This document shows, in pieces, positions 38,663 to 48,500 of a stretch of 64,000 nucleotides of DNA. The notes beneath the pieces were generated by a model. That model saw only the letters and a list, made by a program, of their open reading frames with translations. It searched no databases and was not told where the DNA came from. The stretch is from Deltaproteobacteria bacterium (GTDB taxonomy: Bacteria > Myxococcota > Kuafuiibacteriia > Kuafuiibacteriales > Kuafuiibacteriaceae). Position 1 is the first letter of the stretch. Each line of letters starts with the position of its first letter. The DNA is taken from positions 512,001 through 576,000 of the forward strand of contig JAVJQW010000023.1 of the NCBI GenBank assembly GCA_040218735.1, written 5' to 3'. The position numbers were made by a program, and so were the translations under genes.

Positions 38663-38914
38663 TCACCTTGGATCGCGACGAGCGAGAAAGAGCGTCTCAC
38701 CGTCCAGACCTTCGCGCGCCTCGAGCAGCCCCGCGTCGGCGAGCGCATCGACGGCGCTCTGAAGCTGTTCGAACGTGACCCGGTGACGGAGGCGTCGAGG
38801 CAGCCACCAATCGTGAATGCCCTGGAGGGTGTCGGCCGCGCGCGGGTTCGCGGCGACGTGCGATCGGATCGCATCCTCGACCTCCGCGACCGCCTTGTCG
38901 TCAGGAACGCCCAC
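38663..38914 (-). CDS. Small winged-helix-like protein heading the eCIS operon
   Basis: HVAANPRAADTLQGIHDWWL..LQSAVDALADAGLL..DG..LF has a wHTH-like pattern. GTG start. Confidence 0.7.
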   Translation of the reverse strand: MGVPDDKAVAEVEDAIRSHVAANPRAADTLQGIHDWWLPRRLRHRVTFEQLQSAVDALADAGLLEAREGLDGETLFLARRDPR

Positions 38915-38934
38915 ACGATTCGAGGCGACGTCTC

Positions 38935-38950
38935 TACAAGGCGCGCGCCA
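38935..38950 (-). promoter_or_regulatory. Putative sigma54-like promoter of the eCIS structural operon
   Basis: Minus strand TGGCGCGCGCCTTGTA (GG-N10-GT, TTG at -15..-13) directly upstream of the first operon gene. Confidence 0.5.
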
Positions 38951-39015
38951 CGATCGAGCTCGCCGTCAAACGGCCGACTTCATTGATCGAAGCCTCGAAT
39001 CCGCCTTCGGACACC

Positions 39016-39052
39016 GGGTCCCTGCGGACCCAACTGGGTCATGAGCGACCCA
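39016..39052. promoter_or_regulatory. Tandem palindromes GGGTC-N6-GACCC (candidate enhancer-binding protein UAS)
   Basis: GGGTCcctgcgGACCC (39016-39031) and GGGTCatgagcGACCC (39036-39051), 20 bp apart, between two divergent sigma54-like promoters. Confidence 0.6.
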
Positions 39053-39083
39053 CCCCATCGCCGACGAACGCGGCGCCCTCCGC

Positions 39084-39099
39084 TGGCATCTGCGATGCA
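39084..39099 (+). promoter_or_regulatory. Putative sigma54 promoter of the right DUF4157 toxin
   Basis: TGGCATCTGCGATGCA = GG-N10-GC. In-frame GTG at 39112. Confidence 0.6.
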
Positions 39100-39111
39100 G
39101 CGACGCGCGAC

Positions 39112-42100
39112 GTGGGCGATCGACCGCACCGTGAGCATCTGCCGGCGCGCCGACCCCGCCGACGACCCGCGCCATCGGCGGCGACACCGCGTCCCACGAT
39201 GGCGCCTCCCTGCCCCTGCGCGTCCTGTACGAGCAAACGCGCGCAGCGCGCAGCGGCCGACGGCGTACGAGGTGCCGAGCGGTCGCTACCGCACCTGAGC
39301 CGAGTGCAGGCTGCGTTCGGCCCGCATGATCTGTCGGACGTGCGCGCGAAGGTCGGTGAGACGCCGACGACGCGGCTTCTTTCCGCGCACGCCTTCACCG
39401 CGAACAACCGAGTCGCCTTCGCGCGCGAACCGAATCTTCGACTCGCTGCACACGAGGCTGCGCACGTGGTTCAGCAACGCGCCGGCGTCGTCCCCGCGGG
39501 GCTCGGACGCCGCAACGATCGGTGGGAGCGACACGCCGACGCGGTCGCAAATGCCGTGGCCGGCGGGCGTTCGGCGACGCCCCTGCTCTCGGGACTTCCG
39601 CGCCGAGCTCCATCGAAGGACGCCGTGCAGCGTGAACACGAAGGCGGCACGGACACCGACCTCGGCGCGGTCGTCGACCGAATGGTCGCAGCGTACCGCA
39701 CGGGCGACGTCGCCGATGTCGCGGCGGAGCTTCAAGGCAAGAGCGTCACGCAGCTGCGGTTGATGCGAAGCCTGTTCGACGAGAACGCGAGCGCCGACCT
39801 CGCCCGATGGTTCGCATCCCGGACGAGCTCGACGACCGCGAGCACGATCGCAACGGTCGCGGGGGTCATCCTCGGAACGCTCCCGGGGGCGACGTTGCTC
39901 GCGCCCCTGATTCCTCTTGGAACGACGATGGTCGTGCAGTCGGGCGCGTCCGATCGAGCCGCTGCGGAGACCGGCTTGAGACGACTCTGGCCGGCGCTGC
40001 CGCTGATCGATCGCCTCGAGATCTACATGAACCAGTTCACGGAGATCGAGCAGGCACAGCTCGACATCATCCGATCGGCGAGCGCGGAGGAACGCAGCAC
40101 TGCACGGCGTGAGTACGCGCGACTGCTCGCGGTCTACGCGGCGATGTCGCCCGCCGAGGAGTACGAAGCCCGCAAGCTGATGGACCCCGACGACATGGAG
40201 TTCTCGGTCGGCCGGCTGATCGTTCGTGCGTCGGGTTTCTTCATGGACGATGAAGATCCGGTCTTCGACGCATTCATGGATCTCACACGCACGCAGCGCG
40301 AGTCTGTTTGGCGGACGCACAACGGCGGACTGTATCGACTGCTCAGCCTGCAGAGGTTCAACCTCCTCCAGACACTGGTCCACGGCACGGAAGCCGAGGC
40401 GCTCGTCGCGCGACTTCGCCTCGCCACCGACAACCGCATGGATGACATGGACGCCGTCGGGCGGGTGGTCGAGCGGGCGCGGCATCTCCTGCGTGAGCAA
40501 GCCACCTTGCGCGCTCAGATTGCGTCCGAGTCCCTGTCCGGCCCGGACCTAACGGCGGCCAACGCGCGCCTGCGCCAGCTCGGAGAGCTGGAGTCACTGC
40601 TCGAGGTCGAGCGAACGTCGGAAGGAGACATCGACACCACGACGTTCATGGGTCGGCTCTACCAAGCGTCCGGCTCCGGAGATCAGTTCGGCACGTGGGC
40701 GCGTTCGCTCGGTGCCGATCCGGAGGAGATCGCCAAACAGCGAATCATCGCGGCCTCCGGAGCCTTCGTGGACGCCTCGGCGATCCAGCGGGCTCTCATG
40801 GACATCCAGGTGCAGCTCGAGCCCGGTCCACCGGACGAGACCCCTGCGCAGCTCCAGATACGACAGCGCCGGGCGAACAACGATGCGCGGACTCGCGTCC
40901 TCGAGGACACACGAGTGCAAGCCATCTTGCGGAGGCTCGGCCACCAGGGGCCATCCGGAGGTGGCGAGCTCGCCGACGTTCGGCGTTTGGCGGGCGCGAC
41001 CCGATACGACGAGCTCGTGAGCGAGTTCGACGAGGCGCGGCGCGCGCTCAGATGGTCTCAGATGTACCGGGCGACCCTGGAGATCGCTCAGACGGACGCG
41101 TACCGATCGCAGTTTCGGACGGACTCGCGACAAGCGTGGTCGGCCTACTCCTGGCTCAACGGCGCACGCAAGGACATCGTCGACCGGATCCTCGACACGC
41201 GGCGGATCCCGATCAACCTCGTCCTCGAGTCGACGGGCAACGTCGAGTCTCTCCAGGCGATCCTCAGCACGCTCGACGAACGAACGCGCGGAGAGCTTCG
41301 CTTGGGGTACTGGCTGGACCGAACGGAGCGCACCCCCGCCGACGACACGCAGCGCACCGCGCTCACGGCGTTCCGCGACTTCGAGAGACGCGTGCGCGCT
41401 TCGCAGTCCTTGGGCGTGGCGAGTGTCGAAATCGAAACCGCGGCAGGCACCGTGAGCCGCTCGGGCGTTCAGGACATCCTCGATGCCGCGTTGGGCGCCG
41501 CCCCGACGGAGGAGGAGATGGACTCCGACGAGGGCCGATTCCGCGCGGCGGAGCTGCTCTACCATCGACAGCGCGAGCGCCTCGCGCTGCGACGCGGTCT
41601 TGCGGCCGCCTTCTCGGAGACCGACGAAACGATGGTCGCCGCAGCGCGAGAGTTCGCAGCGCTATGGCTTCGCATCGAGGGCACGGGCCGGGTATCGACC
41701 ACGAACTTCGCCGCCCTGTCGCGACTGCACGAGCGGTTCGAAGGTCGCGCGAGAGAGTTCGACGAGGCGAACAATCGAATCGGCGAGATCGCCGGGATCG
41801 TCGCGTCCACGGTCGCGGCGCTGGTGGTCGTCGCCGCGACGGGCGGCGCCGCCACGGTACCCGCGATCGCCGCCGCTGCGGCGGCCGGCGCGAGCGGACG
41901 TGTCTTCGCGCGGGCGATGTTCGGCGGCGACCACTACAACGCAGCCAGCGGCGAAGGGGCGCGCGACGCCCTCATCGGAGCGATCGACGGCGCACTCGCG
42001 GTTGCCTCGACCGCGCTGGCGGCGCGCGCCACGCGAATGATCGGTCTGTCGGGCCGCGCGCTCGCGCACGGGGCCGCCGAGACCGGCGGGCTGGCCGCGC

Positions 42101-43647
42101 AGCAGGCGACGCGCCCCTTCGGCCGGAGGCTCGCTGCGAGCGTGGTCGAAAACGCCATCGACGGTGTCGTCTCGGGCACGATCAGCGAGGGCGTCGTCGC
42201 GATGACGGACGACCGAACTTGGCGAAGCGGAATCTGGCAGGGCCTGATTCGTGTCGGGCAAGCCGCCCTGGTCGGTGGCCTGGCGGGGCTGGGTGGCGGC
42301 GCTGCGATGGGCGCGGTCACGACGATCGCCGGCCGGGGCGCGAGGGGGCTGCGCAATGCGCTGATCGGCGAGCCCGCCGAAGCCGCGATCGAGCGCGCAG
42401 GTGCACGCGAGACACTCGACGCGGCTCGACGCGCGAGCCAAGGCGGCAACTACGACGAAGCCCGTCGCCTCGTGGGAGAGCTCGAACCGCACTTGAACGC
42501 GCGGCAGATTCAATCGCTATTGAGCGAGCTCGGCGAGCCGCCACCTGGCGCGGTCCTCTTTCGACAGACGATCGAGCTGGATGGCGTGCGGCACACGCTG
42601 AAGTTGGTCGCTACGCAGGGCGACGAAGCGATCTTCGTCCTGTGCAGCAGCTGTCGCCACGCCGTGTCCGTCCTGTCGGACCTGATCCAGACCGCCGACG
42701 CCAGCGGACTGACCGCGCTCAAGCGAGAGTTGGAGATCGACCTCGCCCGGATGCAGGCGTTCGAGACCCGGCTGCGGAGCGGAACGCGGGTGCTCCCGCA
42801 GGAGCTTCGCGACGAGTTCACGCACCTCGCGGGTCGCCTACGCGGGCACGCGACGGCCAACCCCGCGATGGCCGACGATCTGAACCGCCTCTCCGGCGTT
42901 CGAATCGACGCGCCCGACAGCATCCCGGCGCCGACACCGCAGGCAGAGCAACGGATCCTGTCGCAGCTCCGGCGCGCCAGCATCCCAACGCCCGATGACC
43001 CGATGGTTCCACTGTCCGACTTGGTCGGGGCGTTCACTCGCGCGCAGGATCTCGGTACGGAGGTCGCGCAGCATTACCGATCGATGCTCGACCGACGGCT
43101 GGTCGACGATCTCGAATCGGTCATCCGGCGACGCCGCGCCATTCAGGCGACGGACCCCGCGGCACGGTCTGCGGCCGACACCGCATACCTCCACGGCGGA
43201 GCCGCGCGGGACCTCGAGACGATCGGGGATGCCGCGCGGGACGTCGGGATCGACCTGCGCCCGCTTCGCGGCATCCACGGGCCCACCGTCGATCCGGCCA
43301 CCCTCCGGGGCGACGCCGGGCGCGCCTACCGACACATCGTGTCGGGAGGCTCTGACGCGCGACATCTTCAGGTGGCGAGCCGCGAGGAGGCAGAGCAGCT
43401 GCTGCGCGCCCTCCGAGGCAACTTCCCCGACCTCGCCGACGCCACGGGCTTCATCCCGTCGCACTCCAAGAGGCTCCTGGGTTCGAAGGATCGAATCTTC
43501 CACTGGGACGACATGGTCGGGGCGGATGGCCGGACGTTGATCGACCACCCGACCGGACACGACCACGCGCGTTTTCGACACCTCCAGATCCACATTGGTG
43601 ATAGCCAATATCGTATCAACTGGGGCGACCCACTCTTCGACCCATGA
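39112..43647 (+). CDS. DUF4157 (eCIS core domain) large putative toxin with hydrophobic segment and His-rich C-terminal toxin-like domain
   Basis: CPCASC, AHAFTANNRVAF..LAAHEAAHVVQQ..WERHADAVA. Hydrophobic stretch at about 41785-41900. C-terminal FHWDD..H..H..HLQIH. Start uncertain (39112 or 39199). Confidence 0.8.
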   Translation: MGDRPHREHLPARRPRRRPAPSAATPRPTMAPPCPCASCTSKRAQRAAADGVRGAERSLPHLSRVQAAFGPHDLSDVRAKVGETPTTRLLSAHAFTANNRVAFAREPNLRLAAHEAAHVVQQRAGVVPAGLGRRNDRWERHADAVANAVAGGRSATPLLSGLPRRAPSKDAVQREHEGGTDTDLGAVVDRMVAAYRTGDVADVAAELQGKSVTQLRLMRSLFDENASADLARWFASRTSSTTASTIATVAGVILGTLPGATLLAPLIPLGTTMVVQSGASDRAAAETGLRRLWPALPLIDRLEIYMNQFTEIEQAQLDIIRSASAEERSTARREYARLLAVYAAMSPAEEYEARKLMDPDDMEFSVGRLIVRASGFFMDDEDPVFDAFMDLTRTQRESVWRTHNGGLYRLLSLQRFNLLQTLVHGTEAEALVARLRLATDNRMDDMDAVGRVVERARHLLREQATLRAQIASESLSGPDLTAANARLRQLGELESLLEVERTSEGDIDTTTFMGRLYQASGSGDQFGTWARSLGADPEEIAKQRIIAASGAFVDASAIQRALMDIQVQLEPGPPDETPAQLQIRQRRANNDARTRVLEDTRVQAILRRLGHQGPSGGGELADVRRLAGATRYDELVSEFDEARRALRWSQMYRATLEIAQTDAYRSQFRTDSRQAWSAYSWLNGARKDIVDRILDTRRIPINLVLESTGNVESLQAILSTLDERTRGELRLGYWLDRTERTPADDTQRTALTAFRDFERRVRASQSLGVASVEIETAAGTVSRSGVQDILDAALGAAPTEEEMDSDEGRFRAAELLYHRQRERLALRRGLAAAFSETDETMVAAAREFAALWLRIEGTGRVSTTNFAALSRLHERFEGRAREFDEANNRIGEIAGIVASTVAALVVVAATGGAATVPAIAAAAAAGASGRVFARAMFGGDHYNAASGEGARDALIGAIDGALAVASTALAARATRMIGLSGRALAHGAAETGGLAAQQATRPFGRRLAASVVENAIDGVVSGTISEGVVAMTDDRTWRSGIWQGLIRVGQAALVGGLAGLGGGAAMGAVTTIAGRGARGLRNALIGEPAEAAIERAGARETLDAARRASQGGNYDEARRLVGELEPHLNARQIQSLLSELGEPPPGAVLFRQTIELDGVRHTLKLVATQGDEAIFVLCSSCRHAVSVLSDLIQTADASGLTALKRELEIDLARMQAFETRLRSGTRVLPQELRDEFTHLAGRLRGHATANPAMADDLNRLSGVRIDAPDSIPAPTPQAEQRILSQLRRASIPTPDDPMVPLSDLVGAFTRAQDLGTEVAQHYRSMLDRRLVDDLESVIRRRRAIQATDPAARSAADTAYLHGGAARDLETIGDAARDVGIDLRPLRGIHGPTVDPATLRGDAGRAYRHIVSGGSDARHLQVASREEAEQLLRALRGNFPDLADATGFIPSHSKRLLGSKDRIFHWDDMVGADGRTLIDHPTGHDHARFRHLQIHIGDSQYRINWGDPLFDP

Positions 43648-44006
43648 CTCGCCGAAACCACCAACACCTGACGTCCGACGTCATCGCCGCCCTACGGAAG
43701 GGTCAGACGAGCTCGGTCGAGCTACCCACGGAGCGCCCTGGCCACCGCGCCTGGGTCGGCGTACACGCCCGGTTTCCTCGAGGCGTGCGGATCGCGGACG
43801 CGGAACCCAACGGCTTCCACGTCCGGCGCTTTGCGATATCGGACGAATGGATCGCTTGCGAGGGGTACCCGGTCGTCCAGGACGCGGTGGACTTCGTAGG
43901 CTTCGATGCCGCCACCCTCGACGAGCTCGACGCCAAGCTCGACACACTCCTTCCGGCCGGGGCGATGCTGCGCCCCGACGGCGTCGACTCGGATTACCCG
44001 TTCTGA
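43644..44006 (+). CDS. Putative immunity protein (120 aa)
   Basis: ATGA overlap with the toxin stop. Small globular ORF ending DYPF. Function is inferred from position. Confidence 0.6.
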   Translation: MTRRNHQHLTSDVIAALRKGQTSSVELPTERPGHRAWVGVHARFPRGVRIADAEPNGFHVRRFAISDEWIACEGYPVVQDAVDFVGFDAATLDELDAKLDTLLPAGAMLRPDGVDSDYPF

Positions 44007-44056
44007 CTCACACGTCGGATTGACTCTGCGCGGCGCGGGGGCCACACGTCCCGCCC

Positions 44057-45544
44057 ATGGCAAGAAACGTCCCTGCGGTCGGATTGTTCGTCGTCGCGTT
44101 GTTCGGCTGCGACTCCGACGCGTACATCGTGCAGAGCGCCCTGATCTCTGCCGTCCCGGCGACGGTGGACTTCGGCGTCGTTCCGGTCGGATCGACGGCC
44201 CGCCGGGAGTTGGTGCTGGCGAACGCCGGGACCCTCCCCACGCGGGTGGACGGGATCGTGGTCGAACCGGCGACCGACGTCTTTCGGACGACCGACGACG
44301 TGATGCGGCTCGATCCGCTGCAGGAGCATCGCCTGGAGATCACGTTCGCACCGGTCGTCGGCGGAGAGCACGCGGCGACGCTGCGGGTCTCGAGCAGCGC
44401 GGACCGTGGCGAGCTCGACGTCGTCCTGAAGGGATCGACGGAGTCGTTCACGCACTGCTCGACGTGTGCGGAACCTCGTCCGCGACCCGACCCCTGTGGC
44501 GGTCCATCGCAGCCGCAGATCCTTCCGCCCGACGCACGCAACGTGTCGCGGAGCGCCCTGTCGTGGGACGGCGATGCGTACACGGCGACCTACGCGGTGG
44601 AGGCCAACGGTACATCGGACCTCCACCGGCTCCGGATCTCTCGTGGGGGATCCGTCGAACGAACGGAGGTCCTCCGCCGCGACGTGAATGACGTGGTCGT
44701 CGCGCCGACGAGCGGTGGACACGTGGTGGCCTACCGCGAGGGTTGGACGGACGGCGCGACCTTCGCGCGCGTGGACGAAACGGGGACGGTGACCTTCGAA
44801 CGGCGCTTCGACGCCGACTTCATCGAGGCGGTCGCGGTCGACGGCGCCGAGCAGCAAGCGTTCGTGTACATGGTCGAACGATCGACCCCCGAAAATGGCG
44901 ACGAGCGCGACCTCTGGATCACCGTGCTCGACGACGAAGGTGGGTCACGCCTGCCCCCCACGCAAATCGACGCCAGCGGCGAACAACCCATCGCCGCGGG
45001 GGTCGTCGCCGTGCCCGGCGGTTGGACCGTCGTCTACACCATCTCCGTCGACGAGCGTGTGCGGGGACGCAGCGTCCACGTCACGGCGTCCGGTCAGGTC
45101 GGACCGCGATCGTCCGTCGCGGGTGACGCCGCGTCGGTGCGCTTCGAACGCAACCGCGGAATGGCCGTCGGGACAGACGACATTCTGATCACCTACGTCG
45201 ATGGGTTCGTCGAACCTCACAGCGTTCACGCGCAGCGCCTGACCCTACAGGGCGCGCCCCTCGAGCTGCCGCTACCGATCGTCGAGCGAATCGCCGCCGC
45301 CGCTTCGGCGACCGCGCACCGGATCGACGCGCGCTGGTTCATCGCGTGGCAGGACTTTCGTCATGACCGGCAGCGCAGCGACCTCTACGTGAGCGAGGTC
45401 GGCGGCACACCGCGCCGCGTGCCGAACACGGTCGGAGGAGGCTTCGAAGCCTCCTTCGCGTTCAACGGCTGTGACGCCGCGGTGCTGTCCACGCACGACA
45501 TCGAAGGCTACGGGCGTCTGGTGTTCGACACGATCGAGCTGTGA
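44057..45544 (+). CDS. Lipoprotein with Ig-like (ASH/choice-of-anchor D-like) domain and beta-rich C-terminal region
   Basis: Lipobox ALFG-C. PATVDFGVVPVG..LVLANAG..ITFAP..G..ATLRVSS..V.LKG. Confidence 0.75.
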   Translation: MARNVPAVGLFVVALFGCDSDAYIVQSALISAVPATVDFGVVPVGSTARRELVLANAGTLPTRVDGIVVEPATDVFRTTDDVMRLDPLQEHRLEITFAPVVGGEHAATLRVSSSADRGELDVVLKGSTESFTHCSTCAEPRPRPDPCGGPSQPQILPPDARNVSRSALSWDGDAYTATYAVEANGTSDLHRLRISRGGSVERTEVLRRDVNDVVVAPTSGGHVVAYREGWTDGATFARVDETGTVTFERRFDADFIEAVAVDGAEQQAFVYMVERSTPENGDERDLWITVLDDEGGSRLPPTQIDASGEQPIAAGVVAVPGGWTVVYTISVDERVRGRSVHVTASGQVGPRSSVAGDAASVRFERNRGMAVGTDDILITYVDGFVEPHSVHAQRLTLQGAPLELPLPIVERIAAAASATAHRIDARWFIAWQDFRHDRQRSDLYVSEVGGTPRRVPNTVGGGFEASFAFNGCDAAVLSTHDIEGYGRLVFDTIEL

Positions 45545-45593
45545 CGTGCGTCTGGCAACGGGCGGGGACGCGGACCGAGGCTTCGGAGCTCGC

Positions 45594-48500
45594 TCAGGGC
45601 AGATAGGTCATCGGCACCTGCTCCGTGACGAGCCCCAGCGTTCCGCCCGTCAGCCACATGTAGTCCGAGAGCCGGACACGCACCCGCCAGCGCGGACCGT
45701 CTTCCAACTCGGGCATCCGCGTTACGTCCCGGCCCGCCGTCGCGACGAAGGTGGTAGTGCCGCGCGGGTGGGTCTCCGGGGTCATGAGATCCAGGAGCGC
45801 CGCGGGGACGACGCCGGTGCCGAGCGCACCGTCGAACGAACACACGATCGAGACGTACTGCGGGACCAGCTGCTGAACGCGAACGTCGATCGTGTGGCCG
45901 GCTGCAGTCTGCCAAGCGATGGGCAGCGGGTCGCCGGGCGGGGGGACGACGATCGTCGAGAAGCCGTTGACCCCTGGCGCGGTGAGCTCCACCGCGGGGG
46001 TCGGTGGCAACACGTCCGCGGCAAACGCCGGGAACGTGTCGGTGCCGGCGAAGTCGACGTGCAGCGGCTGGCCGGCGACGAACACCGAGCGGCGCGTATC
46101 TTGGAAGCTGTATCGGCCGAGCAGACCCGGATCGACGGCGATGTCGAACGCACCGCCCGTGATCGTGAGGCGCCCCGCGTCCTCGCCGCGCGGTGGCGTG
46201 GCCTCCCCCGCACACACGAGCGCGGTGCAATCACCCGCGCGGGTCGTGCTGCACTCGGAGGGGAACGGCGAGCCGGCGATGAACTGCGCCGCGACCGCCG
46301 TCCGTGGCGTGCCTCCGGGGAGACGTGTGCTCTGCACGTCGCCGGCGTGAACGACGACGGCACCCTCGTGTGGGGCGAGCCGCAGGACGAAGCGCCCGAC
46401 GCTCTTCAGATCCGCGCGCCGCGCGCTCTGGGCGCGGCGCGTGACGGAGAGCTCGAAGTCACCGACCGTCTCCGTCTCGAGGACTCGGATCGTGAGGGCG
46501 TCGTCCCGCCACGCGACGAGCTCCAGCCAGGGCGGCAGCGTCGTGCTCCCGTCGACTTCGAGGACGCCGGTGGCGTCACCCAGATCGCGACCGGCGATGA
46601 CCAGTGTCTGGTCCTCCAGCGGGTTCGCCGTCGCGACGAGATCCTCCGCGTTCATCGGCGGTGACAACTCGAGGATCGGGACGCGGCGGCACCAGTTCGA
46701 CGCGCTGTCGTAACCGTGGGTCGGGATCTTGTCGCCGACCACGTTTGTCTCTCGAGCTCGCGCGAGGCGATGAGGCCGCTCGACGTAGCCGGGGTCGAGG
46801 TAGTACGGGACGTCCGGATCCGTGTCGCCGTCGGTCTCGACGAGCCCGTATCGAGCGCAGATCGGCTCCGCGACGATCCGCTCGGTTCCGTCGCCGATCG
46901 GGTAGCGGTGCTCCTCGGCGCGCGCTCCCGTGTAGCGCGGGTCCGTGCCGCGGTAGACGCGGTCCGCGAGGTAGGCGCAGACCTCCACGTTGAGGCCGTC
47001 GCGAGTGTTCGATCGAACCTCGCGGAGCGCGTCGAGGATCGGGCGCGGCGAGAGCGTCGCATCCTCGCTGCACCACCAATCCGTGTGGGCGCGATTGAAG
47101 AAGCCGAACACACTCGCTTTGTCGCGGCCGGGCCGGTTGTCCACCCGCGTCCAGTCCGCGTCGGCGAGCGGTGCGGTGGGGAGCGTCGCGAAGTCGACCG
47201 GCTCCACGAAGTCCGGGACGTGGAGGAGGCGCGGGTCGTTCCCCGGCGGAGTCTTTTCGAACGTGCCGAGGCCGGGGAGGTCGAGGCCTTCGACGACCTG
47301 GTTGCGTGCGACGTCGGTGCACGTCGGGCAAGCGCGAGCGCGCTTCAGCAACCGCCAGTAAAGACGCGTCCGATCGCGTGCGTCGGGGGTGAAGCTCGGG
47401 AGCGCCTCGAACACGCCCTCGCCGAAGCGGCGGAGGAAGTCCAACAACTCAGCGACGGGGTGACTCGGTGGCTCCGCGGGACGCGAGAACTCATAGCGGA
47501 GGAACGCGCCGGTGAGTTTGCCGAGCGGACCCTCGATATCGAAGGACGCACTCCCGTACGCCTGGATCCCCAGCCCGGACGACAGCCCCCTCAGCATCGC
47601 GCGGTTCGTCGCCCACCCCTGCCAGCAGCGACGCTCGGTGCCGAGGTCGTGACCTTCGCGGATTTGCAGCTTCAACGTGCCGTAGGCGCCGTCGATTCGC
47701 GGGAGCTCGCGAATGACTTCCGTCCACCCCTGGGCGGCGCAGAAGAACAGCTCGCGCCGCTGCTCGAGGACGTCGAGCTCGTAAGTTTGGGCTCCGTCGA
47801 CGTCTCGGTAGGTTCCTTCCAGGAAGTCGGTCGCGCGGAAGTCACCGACGCCGAAGAAGGTCTGTTCGCCATCGGGGAAGCGGCGCCACGTCATCGGATG
47901 TAGCTCGCGTCGCTCGTTGTTGGGGTCGCCGGTGATGACGACCTCCGGCGAGCAGAGGAGGTCTCGACTGAGACCAGGAGCCAACGCAGCGGTCACGGCT
48001 TCGTGTCCGTGGATCATCCCGGCGATGGCACCGACGTACGCGCTCGCGTTGGGGTCGGTTCGGATCGGCGGCGCCAGCAGCGCCGCCCAGTCGGGTCCGT
48101 TCCAGCGTTCCCACATGTGGCCGGACGACCAACGGTCCTGCAGGAAGTGTTGCCCGATCGCTTCGTAGGTGAGCGCTTCGAGCTCGGCCTCTTTGACGTA
48201 GTCGGACCACGCCACGACTTCGTTGGGCCCGACGGATTCGATGTTCCGATACAGGTCCGCGGCGCGCTTCGCGAGGCGGACGGCGATGGCGTGGTAGTGC
48301 CGGTAGTTCAGGCTCGCCTGACTCCCGAAGTGCGAGCTGTTGAACACCGCGCCCATCCACAGCCCGTAGTCGTGGCAGTCGTCGTGGCGATCCGCGGTAG
48401 GCGGGAGCGGCGGACACAGTCGGTGCCGATTGATCCAGTCGTAGAGCGTGTAGCTGACGTCCGGGAGCCCCGCGAATTGAGCGGGCGCGGGGAGACGACG

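Noticed and set aside
12091-38914. Prophage interpretation of the tail genes
   Set aside because: There is no capsid, portal, terminase, integrase or replication gene. DUF4255, Afp15-like ATPase and DUF4157 are eCIS markers.
12091-38914. Type VI secretion system
   Set aside because: No TssJ/L/M, TssK, ClpV or Hcp/TssBC-type sequences were recognised. The tubes are gp19-like and the sheaths are single-chain phage type.
39041-39298. Possible frameshifted 5' end of toxin 2 starting at ATG 39041
   Set aside because: That ATG lies within the palindromic element. An in-frame GTG at 39112 follows a sigma54-like promoter, so no frameshift is needed.
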